In this document: positions 1 through 8,027 of the stretch, one piece after another
Numbering within the stretch: position 1 is the first letter of the stretch
Layout of the letters: each line of letters starts with the position of its first letter
Source of the DNA: Sutterella faecalis
Lineage (GTDB): Bacteria; Pseudomonadota; Gammaproteobacteria; Burkholderiales; Burkholderiaceae_F
NCBI RefSeq assembly: GCF_006337085.1
Contig: NZ_CP040882.1
Span: 18,654-48,653 of the forward strand
Length of the DNA stretch: 30,000 nt
Direction: 5' to 3'
The notes under the pieces: model-generated
Databases searched by the model: none
Seen by the model: the letters and a program-made list of their open reading frames with translations, nothing else
What the model was told of the DNA's origin: nothing
Made by a program: the position numbers and the translations under genes

Positions 1-23
1 GGAGAAGGAAAAGGAGACGCAGG

Positions 24-1493
24 GTGACTGAAGAAAGCGCACAAAAGCGAAGGACGCGGCGCGATCTGCTGGGGAGCGTTTTTGCGTCTGCTGTTGCCGC
101 GGGCGGCCTCACCCTCGGGGGCTTCTCCAACGCTTCCGAAAAGGAGGCAAAGCTTCCGGCGGAAGCCGACGTCGTCGTTGTGGGATCCGGTATCGCCGGG
201 CTCTCCGCTGCCGTCGCTGCAAAGGAGGCCGGCGCGAGGCGCGTGCTGCTTCTGGAAAAGGGGCCGATTGCGGGCGGACACAGCATTTATTCGAGCGGAA
301 GCATCAGCGTTGTTTCCCCGCGGCTGCAGGGGCCTAAGGGCTTTCAGGATACGCCGAAGCTTTTTGCCGAGGACGCCTACGCCTACGGCGACAGCTGCGG
401 TGACCTTGCGATTCTCGAAAGAATCGGAGCGGAGTCGGAATCTGCGCTCCTCTGGCTTGCATCCATGGGCGTGCGGTTCGGCGGCCTCTTTACCGCCAGA
501 GCCGAAACCCGGCCGAGATGCGTCTCGAGCTACGGGAATTCCGCGGGCCGAAGCTACGTACTCGCGCTCATGACCCGGGCGGATGCGATGGGCGTCGAAG
601 TTCTCCTCGAAGCGGATCTGCGGTCGCTGGACTGCCTTACCGACGGCAGCGGCTGGAGCCTCGGCGTGAAGCGCAAAAGCGCCCCTGCGCTTCAGTACCT
701 CAAAACCCGCGCCGTCGTTCTGGCAGCAGGAGGTTTCGGCGCATGCCGCGAAATGCGGATGAAGGTGATGCCGGAGCTCGATCCGCAAATAGAGACTTCT
801 GCGAATCCCTTCGGCACGCTTTGGGAAAACCGGGATGCGACGGCCGCGGAGCTTGCGCGAAATGCTGGAGGCTTCTGGAAGGAAGGCTTGGGGCTCCAGC
901 TCCTCCCCTACTGGGGCGGGCGGCTCATCGACTACGCGGGCGGCGACATCTTCATCACGCTCCGGGGTCGCCGCTTCATCGACGAAGGCCTCGCATGGAA
1001 CAAGATTTCTGCGGCTGTTCTCCGGCAGCCCGAGAAGGAAATCTGGGTGATCACCGACAGCGCCTCAAGAAAGAGCGCGACCCTCGGCCTCAAGATCGCC
1101 AACGGCTTCGTGAAGAAGTCGGACACTGTGGAAGAGATGGCGGCGGGGATGGGCATTCCGGCAGCGGTATTGAAGGAAACGCTCGACAAATACAACCGCG
1201 CCGCGCGCGTTGGGTTCGACCCGGAGTTCGGGAAGACCATCTTCACGCAGACGCTCGATCATCCGCCTTACTACTGGGGGCGCGAGCGGATTATCGTACA
1301 CACGTCCCTCGACGGCATCGCGACTGACCGGGAGGCGAGGGTAATCGATGCACGCGGCCTCCCCATTCCGGGGCTCTACGCCGCGGGCGAATTCGCGGGC
1401 GGGATTTTCGGCCGCGACCGCATCGGGGGCGCGGGGATTTCCAACTGCCTCGTGATGGGGCGCGCTGCCGGGAGAAATGCGGCCCGCGTCTGA
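24..1493 (+). CDS. Exported FAD-dependent oxidoreductase of the fumarate-reductase/flavocytochrome-c flavoprotein family, with a Tat signal
   Basis: 489-aa ORF with a GTG start at 24, preceded by AAGGAG at 10-15. The N-terminus has the twin-arginine motif RRTRRDLLGS followed by a hydrophobic stretch. It has the dinucleotide fold VVVGSGIAGLSAAVAA..LLEKG and the C-terminal GLYAAGEFAGGIFG..GGAGISN motif typical of this family. Confidence 0.85.
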   Translation: MTEESAQKRRTRRDLLGSVFASAVAAGGLTLGGFSNASEKEAKLPAEADVVVVGSGIAGLSAAVAAKEAGARRVLLLEKGPIAGGHSIYSSGSISVVSPRLQGPKGFQDTPKLFAEDAYAYGDSCGDLAILERIGAESESALLWLASMGVRFGGLFTARAETRPRCVSSYGNSAGRSYVLALMTRADAMGVEVLLEADLRSLDCLTDGSGWSLGVKRKSAPALQYLKTRAVVLAAGGFGACREMRMKVMPELDPQIETSANPFGTLWENRDATAAELARNAGGFWKEGLGLQLLPYWGGRLIDYAGGDIFITLRGRRFIDEGLAWNKISAAVLRQPEKEIWVITDSASRKSATLGLKIANGFVKKSDTVEEMAAGMGIPAAVLKETLDKYNRAARVGFDPEFGKTIFTQTLDHPPYYWGRERIIVHTSLDGIATDREARVIDARGLPIPGLYAAGEFAGGIFGRDRIGGAGISNCLVMGRAAGRNAARV

Positions 1494-1520
1494 TTGTCCT
1501 CCTTTTTCTTCTTTTCGATT

Positions 1521-1550
1521 CTCCACTACACCCGGGCGGGTGTAGTGGAG
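1521..1550 (+). terminator. Perfect 12-bp stem hairpin downstream of the first reductase gene; possible terminator or RNA-processing site
   Basis: ctccactacacc-cgggcg-ggtgtagtggag read directly. No U-tract follows on the + strand, so function as an intrinsic terminator is uncertain. Confidence 0.35.
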
Positions 1551-1660
1551 AAAGGCACCCTCCCGGAAAATGACGGGCATGTCCCGGATAAAAGGCAAGG
1601 CTTCAAACCCGCCTTGAATGTCCGGAGACGGCACGCAAATTGATGAAGAGGAGATTGAGA

Positions 1661-2581
1661 ATGCAGCGTCGTCATCTGTTCGGTACCGCTTTTGGAGCTG
1701 CCGCAGCGGTTGTGGTTCCGGCGGCGGAAGCGAGCGTTTCGGATCATTTCGGCGAGAAGATGCGCCCGATCGATACGGAAAACCGCGCGCCCGGCTGGGG
1801 CGTCGGCGCTGTGAAGCCCCTGGAAGTCAAAGGGCGCCGGATCGGCGAGGGACGTCCGAAGCTCATCGCCCCGACGACGAGCAAAAACCCCGCCGACCTT
1901 TATCAGACGCTCGAAAAGTTTGCCGGCATGGAGGCGCTCGACATGGTCGAGGTCCGCATCGACTACCTTGGGAAACTCGCGCCGGCTGAATTTGCCGAGG
2001 TCACGCAGAAGGCCTACAAGGCGGCAGGCGACAAGATCGTGCTCGTGACGCTTAGAAACGGCACCGACGGCGGCCCCTTCATTGCCGAGGACAAGTACTA
2101 CGGCGACGTTTACCGCGCCGTTATTGAGTCGGGCAAGGCCGACATCATCGATCTCGAGCTCTTCCGCGATGCGGACATGATCCGCTCCCTCGTCAAGGCA
2201 GCGCACGCCAAAGGCATCAAGGTCATCATCAGCGACCACGAATTCAAATTCACGCCCGACGAAGGCGAAATCATCCGGAGGCTGCTGCTCGAGCAGGAAT
2301 TCGGCGCCGATATTCTGAAGCTTGCCGTCATGGCGTTCTCGCCCGAAGATGCGCTCACCGTGATGACCGCAACCGCGAAGATGCGCCACTACTACAGCGA
2401 CCGCCCGATGCTCACGATGGCGATGGGAAAGTGGGGCGTTCTCACCCGTATCACGGGCGAGGGGTTCGGCTCCGACCTCACCTTCGCGTCCGTGGGCGGA
2501 AAGGCGAGCGCGCCCGGCCAGATTCCGGCTGAGGAATGCCTCTCGGTTCTCGATACGCTTCACCGCGCGATGAATCCGTAA
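1661..2581 (+). CDS. Type I 3-dehydroquinate dehydratase paralogue with an N-terminal Tat-like export signal (predicted periplasmic)
   Basis: The ORF opens at 1640, but GAAGAGGAG at 1646-1654 favours the ATG at 1661. The N-terminus MQRRHLFGTAFGAAAAVVVPAAEA-SV looks like a twin-arginine signal with an AxA-type cleavage site. The mature part aligns motif by motif with the cytoplasmic AroD at 20828-21586: ISDHEFKFTP vs [19 protein letters not shown] vs [20 protein letters not shown] vs [18 protein letters not shown] in both. Confidence 0.8.
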   Translation: MQRRHLFGTAFGAAAAVVVPAAEASVSDHFGEKMRPIDTENRAPGWGVGAVKPLEVKGRRIGEGRPKLIAPTTSKNPADLYQTLEKFAGMEALDMVEVRIDYLGKLAPAEFAEVTQKAYKAAGDKIVLVTLRNGTDGGPFIAEDKYYGDVYRAVIESGKADIIDLELFRDADMIRSLVKAAHAKGIKVIISDHEFKFTPDEGEIIRRLLLEQEFGADILKLAVMAFSPEDALTVMTATAKMRHYYSDRPMLTMAMGKWGVLTRITGEGFGSDLTFASVGGKASAPGQIPAEECLSVLDTLHRAMNP

Positions 2582-2659
2582 TGCTGATGCTTCCCGTACC
2601 TCGCGATTGCCTAGAATATTCTCGTTTCTACTGACCAATTCCCAAAGGGATTTTCAACC

Positions 2660-4459
2660 ATGAAGAAGACTTTTGCTGCTCTTGCGGTTGCCGCGCTTTT
2701 CGCGACCGCCGCTTCCGCCGCCACCTTCAAGGCGGGAACCTACACGGCTTCCGCCCCCGGCATTCACGGTCCCGTTACCGTTGAAGTGACCTTCACGGCC
2801 GACAAGCTTTCCGCCGTCAAGGTCGTGAAGCAGACCGAAACTCCGGGCATCGGCACGCTCGCCGTCGACCAGCTCCCCCAGAAGATCGTCGACGCCCAGT
2901 CGCCGAAGGTTGACGGGGTCTCGGGCGCCACGATTACGTCTGATGCCATCCGGAAGGCCGTTGCCGACTGCGTGAAGCAGGCGGGAGCCGACCCGGAAGC
3001 GCTTGTTCCGGTGGTGCTCAAAAAAGTTGCCAAGAATGAAGACCTCGCCACTGACGTCGTCATCGTGGGCGGCGGCGGTGCCGGCATGTCCGCGACCATC
3101 CGCAGCCGCATGAACGGCCTCAACGTGATCCTGGTTGAAAAAATGCCCTTCATCGGGGGCGCCGCTTCGATTTCGGGCGGCCAGGTTGTCGCTCAGGGCT
3201 CGAAGCTCCAGAAGGCCTTCGGCTCCAAGGACGACTCCGTCGACTCGATGGTGCAGGATTTCTTGAAGAACGGCGCCGGCAAGAACGATCTCTCGAAGCT
3301 CACGCTCTATGCGAAGAACGTCGGCCCCACGATCGACTGGTTGAATGAAAAGGTGGGCGTTAAGTTCATCCCGAACGATCTTCCCTACCTCGCCGAGTAT
3401 TCGCACCGCCGCGCGCTCGAATTCCAGGGGGGCGCCGGCACCATGGCGCAGCACCTGCGCGAAGTGATTGCGCAGAACGGCGCCAAGGTCTTCTACAACA
3501 CCCGCGTTGAAGACCTCATTGTCGAGGACGGGAAGGTCACGGGCGTGAAGGCGGTCGACTTGAACAGCGGCACGACCTACACCATCAAGGCGAAGAAGAC
3601 CCTCCTCACGACGGGAGGCTACGGCAACAACAAGTCGCTCCTGACGCCCGAAATGCAGAAGGTTCTCTACTACGGTCCGGTCTCCTCGACGGGCGACGGC
3701 CTCCAGATGGCTGAGAAGCTCGGCGTCAAGACTCAGCTCCTCCAGTACGGCAAGCGCTATCCGAACGGCATCGAAGTCGCTCCGGGCAAGGCCAAGTCCA
3801 CGATTTACGCCAATGTCGGCGCCTTTGATCAGGCGGGCATTCTCGTCAACGTGAACGGCGTCCGCTTCGTGAATGAAAAGGCTTCAAACCGCCACATTCT
3901 CGAGCCGATGCTGAAGAACCCCAACGGTCAGGCCTATGTCTTCATGGATCAGAAGTCCTGGGAAGGCTTCTACAAGCGCCTCCCCGAAACGGGCGTTTCG
4001 CATGAGGATGCCGACAAGTATCTCGCTAACGGCGGGAAGACTCCGCCGCTCTTCGTGAAGGCCGATACGATCGAAGGCGTCGCGAAACTCGCGGGCATCA
4101 ATGCTGAAAACCTGAAGGCGACCGTTGCCAAGTACAACGGGTTCGTGAAGGCCAAGAAGGATGCGGACTTCGACCGTCCGGTTCAGTACATGAAGGCAGA
4201 GATTTCGGCCGAAGGCCCCTACTACATCGTCGAGCAGAAGCCGCGCTTTGCGACCACGATGGGCGGCGTCTGCACGGACGACAAGCTCAACCTCGTGAAG
4301 AAGGACGGCTCGGTCATCCCGAACCTCTACGGCGCGGGTGAAATCGTGGGCGGCGTGATGGGCGACGACTCGCCTGCCGGCGCCAACGTGGGCTGGGCCC
4401 TCACGTCGGGCCGCGTGGCTGCCGACAGCATCGCGGAAGCCATCAAGGCCGGGAAGTAA
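2660..4459 (+). CDS. Sec-exported flavin reductase: FMN_bind domain fused to an FAD-binding fumarate/urocanate-reductase-like domain (UrdA-type architecture)
   Basis: 599 aa with signal peptide MKKTFAALAVAALFATAASAA. The flavinylation-type motif DGVSGAT lies at residues 85-91 (nt 2912-2932). It has the fold VVIVGGGGAGMS..ILVEK and the C-terminal NLYGAGEIVGGVMG motif. Confidence 0.88.
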   Translation: MKKTFAALAVAALFATAASAATFKAGTYTASAPGIHGPVTVEVTFTADKLSAVKVVKQTETPGIGTLAVDQLPQKIVDAQSPKVDGVSGATITSDAIRKAVADCVKQAGADPEALVPVVLKKVAKNEDLATDVVIVGGGGAGMSATIRSRMNGLNVILVEKMPFIGGAASISGGQVVAQGSKLQKAFGSKDDSVDSMVQDFLKNGAGKNDLSKLTLYAKNVGPTIDWLNEKVGVKFIPNDLPYLAEYSHRRALEFQGGAGTMAQHLREVIAQNGAKVFYNTRVEDLIVEDGKVTGVKAVDLNSGTTYTIKAKKTLLTTGGYGNNKSLLTPEMQKVLYYGPVSSTGDGLQMAEKLGVKTQLLQYGKRYPNGIEVAPGKAKSTIYANVGAFDQAGILVNVNGVRFVNEKASNRHILEPMLKNPNGQAYVFMDQKSWEGFYKRLPETGVSHEDADKYLANGGKTPPLFVKADTIEGVAKLAGINAENLKATVAKYNGFVKAKKDADFDRPVQYMKAEISAEGPYYIVEQKPRFATTMGGVCTDDKLNLVKKDGSVIPNLYGAGEIVGGVMGDDSPAGANVGWALTSGRVAADSIAEAIKAGK

Positions 4460-4540
4460 TTCCCCTGGGTCTTAACCGATCGTTTCCTTCTTAAGGCGGC
4501 GCAGCGTCTGGAGCGCCGCTCCAGGAGTGAAACGAGAAAG

Positions 4541-4580
4541 AGAGCCGCCGGAACTTTCTCGGTCCCGGCGGCTCTTTATT
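4541..4580. terminator. Bidirectional intrinsic terminator between convergent genes
   Basis: The stem gagccgccgg/ccggcggctc (4542-4551 and 4565-4574) is followed by tttatt on +. The - strand also has a T-rich tail. Confidence 0.7.
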
Positions 4581-4645
4581 GGATGGGAATCAGGCTGAGG
4601 ATTCCTGATCCGGATGATGGAAAGCGGAAGGTCGTTTCCGCTGAC

Positions 4646-6196
4646 TTACGCCTTCGCAGCGGCGCGGATGCGCGCGAGCACCGGGTTGACGGAGGTCCCG
4701 TCCCAGGCTTTCTGCGCCGACTCGAGGAGGTCTTCCGCGTCGTAGATCCGGGCGGAGTCGCGGCACGCCTGAAGCTCATGGTCGGACGCGGCAAAGCGGA
4801 TGTCGGCGTCGTCCTCGTCCCGCACGACGCCGAGCGTCTGGAGCCTCACGAGCGAAGCGATGAAGTCGTCGGGGTAGTTGTCAATCCAGTCGTATTCGTC
4901 GGCGACGCCGACCTTCTTCAGATACTTCGCGTAGAGCGCGTCAATGACCGCGATGACGACGTACGTCATGAAGAACCGTCCCTGAGGCGAAGCGCCTTCA
5001 AAGCTGGTGCCGTTGTAGGCGTCCATGCAGTCGGCGATGGTCTTTGCATCATGCGGGATCGCGTCGAAGTTCTGGTACCAGATTCCCTCGACATTCATGA
5101 GATCGAGTTCGGCATTGTTGGTAAAGAACGCCTTGAAGCCGCAGATTTCTCTTTTTTTTTGGAATTCTTCCTGCGTGAGGCGCCCGTCGTTCAGTACCCA
5201 TTCGAGGCCTTCGGCCGTTGCGTCTTCATAGGATCTTTCATGCAGAAACACGGCCGAGACCGGCTTCTCAAGACGAGGGAGCACCAGGCCGGAAATGGTT
5301 TCAGTGGAGCTGCCCGTCTTCTTCCATTCCGGATTGTCGTCCGTATCCTTTTTCACTAGCTTCCGGGCGATTCCTTCAGCAGGTTCAAGATCGATGCTCG
5401 ATTGAGCAAAGAACTTGAAGCCTTTCTTTTCGAGCTTGGCAAGCGACCGGAAGTCGGAAGGGGAGGTAATCCAGTCGACCACGGTGACGTCGTAGCCCTC
5501 CTTCAGGGCGCCGGTGCGGTCAAGGAGGCATTGAACGGCTTCGAGCGCCGCCTTGGCGCAGTCCGGATAATTTGCTTTCGACGGGAAGCCGCCCAGCACC
5601 TTGGGATCATCGGGCTGCGAGAAGTCCAGAATGGAAATCGAGGATCTCGCGAAGCTCGGGCTGCAGCGGACGATTGGTTCCATGCCGATGGAAACGGCAA
5701 GGCGCTTCGCGCCCGAGCGCCGGATGCGGGCGGCGTTGAAGCGCTCGAGGAGGTTGGGGCTCCGGCTGATCTCGCGGAACAAGTCGTTCATTTCCATCTC
5801 GCTCAGAGCGCCGGAACCGAAAAGCTTGCTCGGCCGCGAGACGACGGCCCGGTCGGCGAGGTCGGAGAGATCCTTCCGTCTGAAGCTCTCCGTCAGGAAG
5901 AAGGAGGCTGTGGAGCCGACAGCAGCGTTGAGGAGGTGGAGCGTGAGCGCCGGGTTGTATCCGAGCGCCTGGGACATGTCTTCGACGAGTCCGGTCTCCT
6001 CGAGCGTCCGGGCAATCAGCGCGGTGAGCGCGGGATAAACCGTGTCGTCGGTATCGAGATTTACGTCGCGGACCACCATCTGATCGCGAATTTCGCGAAG
6101 GCGCTTGGGATTTTCGAGAATTTTGACGTCTGAAGCTTCCATGATAAAAGGCCCGTCCGGCCGTCTGAATGTCAACAATGTCGGACTATCGCACAT
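4646..6196 (-). CDS. Hypothetical protein of 516 aa, with weak resemblance to an IS4/IS1634-type DDE transposase core that has degenerate catalytic positions
   Basis: Long ORF with normal amino-acid composition, whereas the overlapping + strand ORFs are V/G/R/D-rich antisense-type. Segments such as YDVTVVDWITSPSDFRSLAKLEKKGFKFF and WYQNFDAIPHDAKTIADCMD..GRFFMTYVVIAVIDAL recall the VvDRGf and Y..R..IE..F.lK regions of IS4/IS1634 transposases, but key residues are not conserved. The start is ambiguous between ATG 6196 and ATG 6142, and neither has a good RBS. Confidence 0.6.
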   Translation of the reverse strand: MCDSPTLLTFRRPDGPFIMEASDVKILENPKRLREIRDQMVVRDVNLDTDDTVYPALTALIARTLEETGLVEDMSQALGYNPALTLHLLNAAVGSTASFFLTESFRRKDLSDLADRAVVSRPSKLFGSGALSEMEMNDLFREISRSPNLLERFNAARIRRSGAKRLAVSIGMEPIVRCSPSFARSSISILDFSQPDDPKVLGGFPSKANYPDCAKAALEAVQCLLDRTGALKEGYDVTVVDWITSPSDFRSLAKLEKKGFKFFAQSSIDLEPAEGIARKLVKKDTDDNPEWKKTGSSTETISGLVLPRLEKPVSAVFLHERSYEDATAEGLEWVLNDGRLTQEEFQKKREICGFKAFFTNNAELDLMNVEGIWYQNFDAIPHDAKTIADCMDAYNGTSFEGASPQGRFFMTYVVIAVIDALYAKYLKKVGVADEYDWIDNYPDDFIASLVRLQTLGVVRDEDDADIRFAASDHELQACRDSARIYDAEDLLESAQKAWDGTSVNPVLARIRAAAKA

Positions 6197-6236
6197 TTTG
6201 CCGATCTCTGAGGGATAGATCTGAATGAGATGGCAG

Positions 6237-6284
6237 ACAAAAAAGCCTCTTCCAGGAATGGCAGAGTTGACCTGGAAGAGGCTT
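6237..6284 (-). terminator. Intrinsic terminator of the 6365-7903 reductase gene
   Basis: A 14-bp perfect stem aagcctcttccagg/cctggaagaggctt (6243-6256 and 6271-6284) is followed on the - strand by a T-run, seen as the A-run at 6239-6244 on +. Confidence 0.8.
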
Positions 6285-6364
6285 CACGCTGGCCGTTTCT
6301 CCCTCAGGCTTGAGGTGTGAGGAAAAAGCGGACGTTTTCTTGCGGGGACGAGACCGGAAGTCGA

Positions 6365-7903
6365 TCAGCTGCGCTTTTCAGCAGCCGCGTTTTCCCCTGC
6401 AATCAGGCCGAAGGAGGAGCAGTCCGGCATGGAGCAGGCCGTGAGGCGCTCCTGCCCGTGAAGGCCGCCCGACGCTTCGCCCGCAACATAGAGTCTCGGA
6501 ATCGGAGCGCCGTCGCGAAGGCGGATTGCCTGAGCCTTTTCGTTGGTGCGGATGCCGCCCGGCGTGTAGTTGAGCCGCGGCGTCACGACCATCGTGTAGA
6601 AGGGGCCTTCGGCCGAGAGCGGCTCCACCTTGCGCCCGGAGCGCTCCATGGGCTTGTTGAACTCGGTGTCCCTGCCGCCTGCAATCAGCTCGTTGTATTT
6701 GACGAGGCTCTCCTGGAGCGCCTTGCCGTCGGTGCTGTAGTGCTTTGCGAGTTCGTCGAGCGACGTAAACTTGAGAATCGCGCCGTCGATGCCGTTCTTG
6801 TCGGCGAGGCTTTGCTCGAGGCGCTTCATGTTGTGGAATTTTTTAAGCGCCTTTTCGTCCCAGACGATGAAGGGCTTGCGGTCGCCGTTGCGCAGACGAT
6901 GCTGGAGAACGGCGCTCGCGAGCGTATTGCGCGTTTCGCCTTCGCTCATGAAGCGGCGTCCGGTGGCGGGATCGATGAGCATGCCCCAGATCATGTCTTC
7001 GGTCGGGAGCGGATAGGCAAAGCGGAAAAGCGAAAGCTGCACGGCCTGAGCGCCGGCCGCCTCGAGCATCTTGAGGGATCCGGCCGTGGCGCCCGCATTG
7101 GTGGTCGATACAACGCCTGCGAGGAAGGGAACCTCGGACGAGCGGAAGGCCTTGTCCTGGGCATAGCCGCCGGTCGCGAAAACAACTGCCTGGCGGGCGC
7201 GGATCGTCTTCATGACGCCGGTCGAATTCGCCCAGTCGTCGTCCGCATTGCGCGAGAAAACATAACCTTCGCGAACCCGGAGGCCTGAGGCTTCTCCCTT
7301 TTCATTCAAAAGCACTTCCTCGGCGCGGCACTTCGTGCGGATCTGAATGTCCGAATGCGCCTTCATCCAGCTCCAGAGCGCGGAAAGCATGCCGGCGCCG
7401 CCGCCCTGGGCGGAAAGGCCGCGCGCGACGCTGTGGCCGCCAAGCTTGAGAAGACGCCCGTCCCATTTGACGCCGTGAGCCGTGAGGAAGGCTTCCACGC
7501 GGGCGGTGGTCTGCGCCATGAGGAGCGCGCGTTCATAGCTTCCGAAGCCGCCCGAAACCTTCGCCATGTCGCCTGCGAGGAGTTCTGGAGCGTCCTTGAC
7601 GCCTTTTTCCTTCTGAAGCGGCGAGCCGACGCAGGCAAAGTCGAGGCCGGACACGAGAGACGTGCCGCCGGGAAAGGACATTTTTTCGAGCATCAGGACT
7701 TTGGAGCCTTTTTCCGCTGCGGCAATGGCCGCAATCGTCCCGGCGATGCCCGTGCCGACCACGATCACGTCGACTTCTTCGTCCCATTTGCTATTAGTCG
7801 GCGCGGCGTGCGCGGGATGCGCGGCAAAGGGCGCGAGAGCGGCGGCGCCGAGAGCGGCTCCGGCTGAACGGGTGAGAAACTGGCGGCGGGACTGCGGGTT
7901 CAT
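6365..7903 (-). CDS. Tat-exported FAD-dependent reductase of the fumarate-reductase/flavocytochrome-c flavoprotein family
   Basis: 512 aa. The N-terminus is MNPQSRRQFLTRSAGAALGAAALAPFAAHPAHA, giving the SRRQFL Tat consensus and AHA cleavage. It has the fold VIVVGTGIAGTIAAIAAAEKGSKVLMLEK and the C-terminal RLYVAGEASGGLHG motif. Confidence 0.88.
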   Translation of the reverse strand: MNPQSRRQFLTRSAGAALGAAALAPFAAHPAHAAPTNSKWDEEVDVIVVGTGIAGTIAAIAAAEKGSKVLMLEKMSFPGGTSLVSGLDFACVGSPLQKEKGVKDAPELLAGDMAKVSGGFGSYERALLMAQTTARVEAFLTAHGVKWDGRLLKLGGHSVARGLSAQGGGAGMLSALWSWMKAHSDIQIRTKCRAEEVLLNEKGEASGLRVREGYVFSRNADDDWANSTGVMKTIRARQAVVFATGGYAQDKAFRSSEVPFLAGVVSTTNAGATAGSLKMLEAAGAQAVQLSLFRFAYPLPTEDMIWGMLIDPATGRRFMSEGETRNTLASAVLQHRLRNGDRKPFIVWDEKALKKFHNMKRLEQSLADKNGIDGAILKFTSLDELAKHYSTDGKALQESLVKYNELIAGGRDTEFNKPMERSGRKVEPLSAEGPFYTMVVTPRLNYTPGGIRTNEKAQAIRLRDGAPIPRLYVAGEASGGLHGQERLTACSMPDCSSFGLIAGENAAAEKRS

Positions 7904-8027
7904 TTTTTCGTCTCCTTCTGATCCTTCAAAAGGGAGCCGGTCTGGGCTCCCGTGAACTGCAGGAAAGCTTAGAGGGAGAAGATTTCACGACCGCATCAAT
8001 GGCGTCGGCGGAGGTTGCAAAAAGGTT

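Noticed and set aside
1526-2638. 370-aa ORF on the - strand opposite the exported dehydroquinase gene
   Set aside because: The + strand product aligns motif by motif with AroD, so the - strand ORF is a GC-frame artefact.
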